DNA of 64,000 bases, taken from the NCBI GenBank assembly GCA_963514005.1, contig OY740807.1:34906001-34970000 (forward strand). Reading direction: 5' to 3'. The notes under the pieces are model-generated. The model saw nothing but the letters and a program-made list of their open reading frames with translations. It was not told the origin of the DNA and searched no databases. This document shows positions 40,899-50,279 of the stretch, piece by piece. The DNA comes from Raja brachyura (lineage: Eukaryota). The position numbers were made by a program, and so were the translations under genes. The first letter of the stretch is position 1. Every line of letters begins with the position of its first letter.

Positions 40899-41504
40899 GT
40901 CCAATTCCAACCTCTCCTTTTTGCTATTATTCTCTAATCTGGGTAACATCCTGGTAAAATATTGATCTTCCTGTAGCATACGTTACTATTTACGTTCCTA
41001 CGGTGTTCAGATATTATATTTAGCTGGAGTACAATGACTGATTATCTCCAGTCAATCGTTTAAGAAGGTATTGCAGATGCTGGAAAACTGAAGGTAGATA
41101 AAAATGTTGGAGCGATGGAATAGGTGACCACAGTCATCTTTCTCATATCTTGATACTAACAAGTGAATGATTTTCCAGTTAATGCCAGCAGATGGCGACT
41201 GAATTGTGCAGATCACTTATCTCTGTATTATATTATAACCCAGCATCCACCAAATAAAATGGTTTAAAGCGCTCAGCTGGTTCACTGATGTGTATTTTTG
41301 CATACGCATAGGCCAAAAAATATAATTGAAAACTCACTGGTAACAATAAAAGACTAATAATCACAACAGTCTGCATTTGTTTTCGCAGTAACAGCAGGAA
41401 CACAAGAAAATAAGGGCAGGCACAAAAAGCTGGAGTAACTCAACGGGACAGGCAGCATCTCTGGAGAGAAGGAATGGGTGACATTTCAGGTTGAGACCCT
41501 TCTT

Positions 41505-41547
41505 CCGTTTCCCACACAGGCACTTTAACCAACTAAGCCATGGAGCC
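41505..41547 (-). pseudogene. Degenerate 5' half of a tRNA-Thr-like sequence
   Basis: Minus strand GGCTCCATGGCTTAGTTGGTTAAAGTGCCTGT resembles recalled vertebrate tRNA-Thr (GGCTCCGTGGCTTAGCTGGTTAAAGCGCCTGT); anticodon loop altered, T-arm absent. Confidence 0.6.
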
Positions 41548-43222
41548 AGCCGTGAAGGAGAAGGGTCTCGACCCGAAACGTCACCATTCCTTCTCTCCAG
41601 AGATGCTGCCTGTCCCGCTGAGTTACTCCAGCATTTGTGTCTATCTTCAGTGTAAGCCAGCATCTGCAGTTCCTTCCTACACAAAATAAGATCAGGAGGA
41701 CTTTAGTTTAGCGATGCAGCAGGGAAACAGGCCGCTCGGCCCACTGAGTCCATGCCGACCATCGATCGGCCTGTTTTACGTAATCCCATTTTCTCTTCCC
41801 CTCCTTGCACGACAGGGGCAATTGACTGAGACTTACAAACCTGTACGAACTTGGGATGTGGGAGGATACCAGCAGACCTGGAGCAAACCCACGTGGTCAC
41901 AGGGAGAATGAGCAACCTCCACAAACAGAGCAGCCCAGGTCAGGATTGAACCCTGGTCTCTAGCGCTGTGAGGCAGCAGCACTACCAGCTGCATTACTGG
42001 CCCTTCACATCTGACCTGCCATTCAATATCATCATGGCATATCCCAGCTAGTCTCAACATCTCTTCTGTGCCAGTTCCCCATAACCCTCAATTCCTCAGT
42101 CGAATTACCAGCAACTACTGGAAACAAGTGACACATGGATCAATACAGCACAGGAGCAGATGTTTCAGCCCATAATGTCCATGCAAAACATGATACGAAG
42201 ATAAACTAATCTCTTCTGCCTGCATGTAATCCATATTCCTTCCTTTGCCTGCATATTCATGCACTTAGCGTAAAGTCTCTTAAACGCCACTATCTTAACT
42301 GCCTCCACCACCATCCCTGGCAGCGTGTTCCAGGTCCCCACTGCCCTCTGTGTAAAAAAACCTTCTTGCACATCTCCTTTAAACTTTGACCTTCTTGCAT
42401 AAAAGCTGCCACATCTTTGACATGAGCACTCGGGGAAAAATGTTCTGTCTATTCTCTGTCAACCTGCCGCCCTGTCATATCTATGCAAAGGTATAATTTG
42501 CAAAAGAAAGCATAAAAGTACATCATTATTTACTCCTGTTCCTAATCATGCCGACATTCCCACTAGGGAGTTTCCTGTCAGTAAAGTTCCTGTTTAGTCC
42601 GAAAGGCTTTCCAAATGTCAGTGAACTACTAACCACAAAGACTCTTTCTTCCACAAAGATCATTGTGTTCATGAATGCATTGCCTCAGACAACCTCAGCT
42701 GTACTATATGACGGCGTAATGGATGCACTTGATCCCAGATTATTCTAACAACTTGCATATCCACAGATGAACAGCAACATCTCAAAGCATCAACAAGAGA
42801 GCCACCACGCTGGGGGAAGTGAGAGGGTCCCCGATGAGGTAGATAGTAATTCAGCACTGCTCTCGAGATGTGATAGGATGGTTCTGTTGCCTGATAACAA
42901 CTGGGAAGAAACTGTTCCTGAATCTGGAGGCGTGTGTTTTCACACTTCTATACCTTTTGCCCGATGGGAGAGGGGAGAAGAGGGAGTGGAAAGCTCCCGG
43001 CGAGACGCTGCTGGGCCGTCCAAGAGTGGACCCAGCGGCAGGTGGCTGAGAATGGACTGTGGGAGTCCTGGAGGTCGATAGAGGACGGGGCCATGTGAGT
43101 CCTGAGAACAAAGAGTGACTTGACGGCCGAGAGAACTGAGAGGGACCATCGGGCCAGTAATTAAAATAGACACAAAATGCTGGAGTAACTCAGCGGGAGA
43201 GGCAACTACTCTGGTGTGAAGG

Positions 43223-43264
43223 AATGGGTGACGTTTCGGGTCGAGACCCTTCTTCAGACTCATT
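43223..43264 (-). ncRNA. Penelope-type minimal type I hammerhead ribozyme motif (predicted)
   Basis: Minus strand reads AATGAGT-CTGAAGA-A-GGGTC TC GACCC-GAAAC-GTC-ACCCATT: CUGANGA and GAAA core, 5-bp stem II, palindromic ACGU stem III, 6/7-bp stem I. Confidence 0.65.
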
Positions 43265-43415
43265 AATTAATACTTTTATTACTGTGATTAATACTTTTGT
43301 AACTCTGTTGGGGCCCTATACGTGGTGACTCTTTGCATACTTTGTGTATTGTAGACAAAACAAAGAACTTCACTGTATCTAGGTACATGTGACAATAAAG
43401 TGACATTGAACATAT

Positions 43416-44596
43416 GACTTTCAGAAGGTTTTCAACAAGGTCCCACATAAGAGATTAGTATACAAACTTAAAGCACATGGTATTGGGGGTTCAGTATTGA
43501 TGTGGATAGAGAACTGGCTGGCAAACAGGAAGCAAAGAGTAGGAGTAAACGGGTCCTTTTCAGAATGGCAGGCAGTGACTAGTGGGGTACCGCAAGGCTC
43601 AGTGCTGGGACGCCAGCTATTTAATATATATTAATGATTTGGACGAGGGAATTGAATACAACATCTCCAAGTTTGCGGATGACATGAAGATGGGGGGGGG
43701 TAGTGTTAGCTGTGAGGAGGATGCTAGGAGGCTGCAAGGTGACTTGGATAGGCTGGGTGAGTGGGAAAATGCATGGCAGATGCAGTATAATGTGGTTAAA
43801 TGTGAGGTTATCCACTTTGGTGGCAAAAACAGGAAAGTAGACTATTATCTGAATGGTGGTGGATTAGGAAAAGGGGAGATGCAACAAGACCTGGGTGTCA
43901 TGGTACACCAGTCATTAAAAGTAGGCCTGCAGGTGTAGCAGGCAGTGAAGAAAGCGAATGGTATGTTAGCATTCATAGCAAAAGGATTTGAGTGTAGGAG
44001 CAGGGAGGTTCTACTGCAGTTGTACAGGGTCTTGGTGAGACTACACCTGGAGTATTGCATACAGTTTTGTTCTCCAAATCTGAGGAAAGACATTCTTGCT
44101 GTAGAGGGAGTACAGAGAAGATTCACTAGACTGATTCCTGGGATGTCAGGACTTTCATATGAGGATAGACTCGGTTTGTACTCGCTAGAATTTAGAAGAT
44201 TGAGGGAGGATCTTATAGAAACTTACAAAATTCTTAAGGGGTTGGACAGGCTAGATGCAGGAAGATTGTTCCCGATGTTGGGGAAGTCCAGGACAAGGGG
44301 TCACATTTTAAGGATAAGGGGGAAATCTTTTAGGACCGAGATGAGAAAAACATTTTTCACACAGGGAGTGGTGAATCTGTGGAATTCTCTGCCACAGAAG
44401 GTAGTTGAGGCCAGTTCATTGGCTATATTTACGAGGGAGTTAGATGTGGCCCTTGTGGCTAAAGGGATCAGGGGGTAATGGAGAGAAGGCAGCTTCAGGA
44501 TACTGAGTTGAATGATCAGCCATGATCATATTGAATGGCGGTGCAGGCTCGAAGGACCGAATGGCCTACTCCTGCACCTATTTTCTATGTTTCTAT
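43416..44596 (+). mobile_element. CR1-clade LINE 3' fragment (RT C-terminus and 3'UTR) with ctatgttt tail
   Basis: ORFs 43582..43938 and 43945..44478 (YINDLD, KFADD, FTRLIPG, TRGH); close match to 32790-33223. Confidence 0.93.
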
Positions 44597-44616
44597 GAGA
44601 CCCTTCTTCAGACTCA

Positions 44617-45594
44617 TTTGGCGCCTTTCAGAGGGGGGCGGGTTTAAAATGCCGTTTTTCTCCAGACAGTTCAAGTCGATCCATCTCAGGGGATTTAGTC
44701 GCCAAAGAGAAATCGCTCCGACATTTGTTTTATGAAGGTATTTTTAAACTACACTAGATCATTTATTAGCTAGAGTAATTTAAAAATCATCTTCTAAAGC
44801 CATGAGCGCCGACAACGGGAAGGGTTTTACGTAGGGGAGAAAAGAAGCTACACAGTTTATTTTTACATTAAAACGTGGTTCTTACAAAACATTTAATCAC
44901 ATTTTCATGTTGTGAAATGGGGACAAAAAATATATACAAACCGGCAGTATTTTTCCTGCCAACTGTGGGTTAAATTCACCGCAAACCGCAACGTTGCAAT
45001 CCACCGCGTTCCACTAAAAGCCACTCGCAAGTTGTTTTAAATGGCCATTAATTTACAGGAATTAAACACTAAATTCCTTCCATCTGGCCTATAAATTCAT
45101 GAAAATGAGATTTAAAAATCATGTTATATTGTGAATTATTGTGTGAATGCTATTTGGACACTTAGGCAATTTAAAAATGTTTATCTTTTCTTAAGAAATG
45201 GATTGATGTTTCGATCTAGTAATTGAATTTTGTAATTAGCTACAATTAGGTAACTAACTAATGACATGCTTTAATTTCAGGTCATCCAAGTAAGATTGTT
45301 TCATATTTGTTTCAGAATGCTTCAATCCATAATAACTGAAAATTTCATTGAGTTCTCTTAATTTTTAAGAAAGTTATGGGCTTTTGACTGTCCTCGATCA
45401 CAGCTTTTGAGTTAAGTCAATGGAAAGGCAATGGGGAACAAGATGCTAATTTCCGAGTATGAAAATGGCCATAACCTTTTTAATACTGAAGATATGAAAG
45501 TGAATTAGGTGTCAAATTAAACTTCTTTTTATGCTTTATCTGATGGGGTAAATTGCAGACTTGATTTTTAAATCTCAAAATGTTGTAACATTGT
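44617..45594 (-). mobile_element. Second, inverted copy of the ~1-kb DNA element, lacking ~60 bp at one end
   Basis: Colinear reverse-complement match to 17206-18172 (e.g. aaatcaagtctgcaattta.cccatcagataaagc, cccctctgaaaggcgccaaa). Confidence 0.85.
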
Positions 45595-45789
45595 TAATCT
45601 ATGGGGCGAAGGAATTGGAAATAGGCAACATTTCGGGCCGAAACCTATTTCCTTCAAACCCTTGGGTTTCGTCCTGAAACGTTGCATATTTCCTTGCTGC
45701 TGCATCCCACTCAGTTTCTCCAGCATTTTTGTCTACCTAAGTATCATTGAACACTAGTATCTTTGATTTAAACACTCTAGACTCTTGGA

Positions 45790-46160
45790 CGTGGGGCGGA
45801 GGCGGCCGCCGGCCGGTGGGTGGCGCTGCCGCCGGAGATGGCGGACGGGCAACACCGTTACCGTGGGGACGGGCCGGGCCGGGCCGGGCCGGGCCTGGCC
45901 TACAACATGGAGCACGACGGCCCGAAGGGAGATTCGCATGGAAGCGCGGCCGAGGTGGCAGCTTCACACCGAGCGAGCGAGCGAGCGAGAGAGGAATCGG
46001 GGACTCGGGGAGATGCCGCTGGACCCGGACCCGGACCCGGACCCGCTCCAACCCCCGGACGAGCAGCGCTCACTTACACCTCCATCCCGCCCGGGCGCCG
46101 CCGACAAACCCTCCCGCCTGCCGCCTCCCCCCTCAACACACGTTCCGCCCTGCAGCCAGA
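45790..46160 (-). promoter_or_regulatory. CpG island: CRCP promoter, exon 1 and start of intron 1
   Basis: Abrupt GC- and CpG-rich block with GC boxes (ggggcgga), a YY1-like agatggcgg, an X-box-like gttaccgtggggac, short tandem repeats (GGGCC)4, (GCGA)n and (GGACCC)4, and the exon 1 donor. Confidence 0.85.
46078..46085 (-). CDS. CRCP: CRCP exon 1 coding part (ATGGAGGT, ME(V))
   Basis: gcgggATGGAGGT|gtaagt inside the CpG island; purine at -3 and G at +4; phase 2 fits exon 2. Confidence 0.92.
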
Positions 46161-46168
46161 CTCAGGAC

Positions 46169-46296
46169 CAAAGATACTTAGAGGAGCTCCTCTAGTATAT
46201 TTGCTCAGGACAAACTACAGACCAAAGATTATAGAGCTCCTCTAGTATCTTTGCTCAGGACAAACTACAGATTATAGAGCTCCTCTAGTATCTTTG
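46169..46296. mobile_element. Cluster of palindromic micro-elements CAAAGAT...GAGCTC...ATCTTTG with 8-bp TSDs upstream of the CRCP ATG
   Basis: 46169-46203 is a near-perfect 35-bp palindrome flanked by CTCAGGAC on both sides; 46223-46296 is flanked by CTACAGAC/CTACAAAC and contains an internal duplication. Confidence 0.75.
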
Positions 46297-46423
46297 CTAC
46301 AAACCACTTAAGTACTCTCGACTCTTGGATTACGAACTCGCAATCTCATCAGCTGTAACCTCCTAATTATCCCCAAACAGGCAGTAGTGTCAACATTTGC
46401 TGATCCAAGTATGTGATTACTTG

Positions 46424-46529
46424 GAGGTACATTAAAATGCTGGAGAAACTCAGCGGGTGAGGCAGCATCTGTGGAGCGAAGGAAATGGGCAACGTTTTGG
46501 GCCGAAACCCTTCTTCAGTCTCCCCGGGC
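46424..46529. mobile_element. Short Penelope-derived element with a degenerate hammerhead motif
   Basis: Perfect 14-bp TSD tatgtgattacttg at 46410-46423 and 46530-46543. Confidence 0.75.
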
Positions 46530-46779
46530 TATGTGATTACTTGTTCGTATGGCAGACGCTGTCGAGCAGCAGACCCGGTATTGAGATGCTACACTCTAGT
46601 TTAGCATAACTGGGCTGTATGTGGTTGACGTTGAGAGTCTGCGATTGTCCAGAGTTTTGAGCAGGAGAGAGACATTAGATTACCCAAATCAAAATTTTAT
46701 TGTTTTTGTTAACTTTGACGGTGCCAAGTCAGAAGAGTCTTCAATACCTGAACCACCTCACTTAATGTGACATTAGAGT

Positions 46780-47685
46780 CCATAGAAAAATAGAAAATAG
46801 GTGCAGGAGGAGGCCATTTGGCCCTTCGAGCCAGCACCGCCATTCATTGTGATCATGGCTGATCGTCCCCAATCAATAACCCGTGTCTGCCTTCGCCCCG
46901 TATCCCTTGACTCCACTAGCCCCAAGAGCTCTATCTAACTCTCTCTTATATCCATGATTTGGCCTCCACTGCCCTCTGTGGCAGGGAATTCCACAATTTC
47001 ACACCTCTCTGGGTGAAAACGTTTTTTCTCACCTCAGTCTTAAATGGCCTCCCTTTATTCTGTGACTGCCCCCTGGTTCTGGACTCGCCCAACATTGGGA
47101 ACATTTTTCCTGCATCTAGCTTGTCCAGTCCTTTTATAATTTTATATGTTTCTATAATATCTCCCCTCATCCTTCTAAACTCCAGTGAATACAAGCCCAG
47201 TCTTTTCAATCTTTTCACATATGATAGTCCCGCCATCCCAGGGATCAATCTCGACTTTCCATCTTACCAATTATAGACAATAAGTGCAGGAGTAGGCCAT
47301 TCGGCCCTTCAAGCCAGCACTGCCATTCAGTGTAATCATGGCTGATCAGCCCCAATCAGTTCCTCCCTTCTCCCCATATCCCCTGACTCCACTATCTTTA
47401 AGAGCCCTATCTAGCTCTCTCTTGAAAGTATCCAGAACTGGCCTCCACCAGCCTCTGAGGCAGAGAATTCCAGACTCACAACTCTCTGTGTGAAAAAGTG
47501 TTTCCTCATCTCCGTTCTAAATGGCTTACCCCTTATTCTTAAACTGTGGCCCCTGGTTCCGGACTCCCCCAACATCAGGAACATGTTTCCTGCCTCTCGC
47601 GTGTCCAAACCCTTAATAACCTTATATGTTTCAATCAGATTCCCTCGCATCCTTCTAAATTCCAGAGTATACAAGCCCAGCCGCT
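46780..47685 (-). mobile_element. Two tandem CR1 3' fragments in the USP32-CRCP intergenic gap
   Basis: ORFs 46946..47248 and 47411..47674 (LEFRRMRG...TRG); 3'UTR aggtgcaggagtaggccattcggcccttc. Confidence 0.85.
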
Positions 47686-49493
47686 TCTATGTTTATTTTG
47701 AACATGGGTTGCTGCATTTTGTTCTTCCAAGTTTTGGCCTGTATCTTCTACATTGTTGATGGTTTGAGGAACATAACTAATCATTCAAGGTAAATGCTAA
47801 GAATTACAGAACATGTATATCAAATTATCCAGTGTGTCTGTTTGTGCCTTTTCACCTCATATCCCTTTTACATGTGCTATTACTTTTATAGAGATATTCA
47901 GCCTTGTTTTGCTTTTATTACAATCTCATGTGGAACCGTGGTACAGCGTCTTTAAAAATCCATTGAGGTGTGCTTATTCCAGATGGGTTAATACAACACA
48001 GGTAACTAAGCAAGTAGGGGGAGTGCTTATATTGATTGGACAAGATTTTTAAAAAGTAGAATTAGTAATGTGTTAGTTTACAAAGTAAAATTAGGGATAT
48101 GTGGCAAAAAATATTGAGATGGAAGGATTTGCATCTGAATGAACAAAGCGCAAAATGATGCATCATCATTGGAAAAGTTAGCAGCATTTCATTCTCCAAG
48201 ACAGCTGCCTGTCTTGCTTTACATTTCCAGTGGTTAGTTTTTATTTTCAATTCCCAGCATCAGCAATTGTTTGATTTTGAAGGTTTAAGCTAGTTTTGCA
48301 GAGAGCATGAGTTTTGGAATGCATTGTATGGTCAGCCTCTAAAGATGCAAAGGATGGGAAGGTTACAAATGGCAAATTGTAAAACTGAGCCATAGGTATA
48401 TTGTAAAGAGACTCTTTTTGTACAGACTTTGAATAAACAAGATAGTCAAGGAGATAAAGCGAAAAAAAGCATACAGTAACACTAGGCAATCTGGTCACCA
48501 AATTATTTTCATGGGCCACGCCACATTGTTTTACAATGGGATAATCTTTCTCTGAATAGGTTGATTTGCACTCCAATGATTTTAAGATCATAACCTTCCA
48601 ATCCCCATGATAGCAGTAATGTTGATAGAGGGATCATTAACTTAGAAACAAGGCAATGTGAAGGTAGTATAACAATTATGAGGGTATAACAATTTAACAT
48701 GCTGAGTAAGGAAATTTGGAAATAGTAGCTTGAAGAATTAGTTCATACAATGCATCCAAGACACTAGACCAGAGGTCATTAGACTGTTGGGAACAAATAG
48801 GATGTTATTTACCCAAACTTTTCCAGCTTAATCAACTTTCTCACAACACAAATCCTGTAGGGAACAGTGACCACAGTAAAATATTGCATTAAGCATCAAA
48901 TATTATCTATCAAAATAGATGTGGTAACAGAATCCTCAGAAAATCCATAAGGTCAGGCTGAGTTGATGTAGATTTTTTCTTAAAAAGGGAAATTATGTTT
49001 TCTTAGGGGCATGTAATATATTTGATGACAAAAAGAAAAGGAGGGAAACCTATGATTAGTTTAGTTTAGAGATACAGTGTGGAAACAGGCCCTTTGGCCC
49101 ACTGAGTCCATGCCGACCAGCTATCCCAGTACACTAGCACTATCTTACTCATATGGGCAACTAACAATTTTTACCGAAGCCAATTAACCTAAAAACCTGT
49201 AAGCTTTTAGAGTGTGGGAGGAAACCAGAGCACCTGAAGAAAACCCATGCGGTCACGAGGAGAACATAAAACTCCGTACTGACAGAACCCGTGGTCAGGA
49301 TCAAACTCGGGTCTCTTGCACTGCAAAGCAGCAACTCTACCATTGTGCCACTCTTGGTGTTATATTTAGGTTTCAAAAAGGCTGTAGATAAAGTAAAATA
49401 CAACAAGCTTATTCCATAAAGTAAAGATTTATAGAATGGTAGTAATATTTTGTTATTACTAATTAATCAAGGGCAGTAAACAGTAGGAATAAT

Positions 49494-49739
49494 GTGAGGG
49501 AAGGATATACAGATGCTAGTTTACACCGAACATAGACCCAAAATGCTGGAGTAACTCAGCGGGTCAGGCAGCATCTCTGGAGAGAAGGAAAGGGTGACAT
49601 GTCGGGTTGAGATCCTTCTTCAGACTAGAAGTCAGGGGAGAGGGAAACTAGAGATATGAAAAGTTACAAAGAACAAATGTTTATTCTTTGTACCTTTTCT
49701 TATCTCTAATTTCCCTCTCGCCTGATTCTCAGTCTGAAG
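49494..49739. mobile_element. Penelope-derived element with an internal inverted repeat
   Basis: 15-bp TSD aacagt(a/g)ggaataat at 49479-49493 and 49740-49754; internal fold-back cttcagact...agtctgaag. Confidence 0.7.
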
Positions 49740-50279
49740 AACAGTGGGAATAATCTGTTCAACAGTTTGATTCATTGCTGATGAATCACCCTGGTAAAAC
49801 TGTGGTTAAATAATAACCCAGAATTTCCTGGAAGCCGGTAAGTACCCTAGTTCTTTCCCTCTTACTGCTCCTCGACCAAAAATAAAACGTTAAATATAAA
49901 TCTGAGCACAAAATGTCCAAATGAAAATATTAACCTTTAAGATGAGATGCAAGTTATCTACACTTGGATTGTAAAACATGGATTTAGTCCACATGCTAGT
50001 CTGTTAGTCAAAAATAGCATCTTCTTGTAAAGTTATGCAAATATTTAATAAAATCTTGTTTTTCATTATCAATCTCATTTTGTACAGCAGTAAATGCATT
50101 TTAAATGTGTTATGCATGTTATCGACTCCAGTGCATTAAACAACTGAGGGGTTCCAAATCTTTGCAAACAGACAACCATAAAAGATTTTGTGCATTTTGC
50201 CATTCAGCATTACAATTTAGCACAAATTTCAACATTCTCAATAACGGCTTCTTGCATTACCAATAAATTAGTTTTGGCG

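Noticed and set aside
45737-46245. Overlapping 104-144 aa ORFs across the CpG island
   Set aside because: Stop-poor by-products of high GC content and short tandem repeats; only ATGGAGGT is coding.
46169-46304. CRISPR-like palindromic repeats with spacers
   Set aside because: Vertebrate DNA with no cas genes; the spacers are duplicated rather than unique, and TSD logic explains the pattern.
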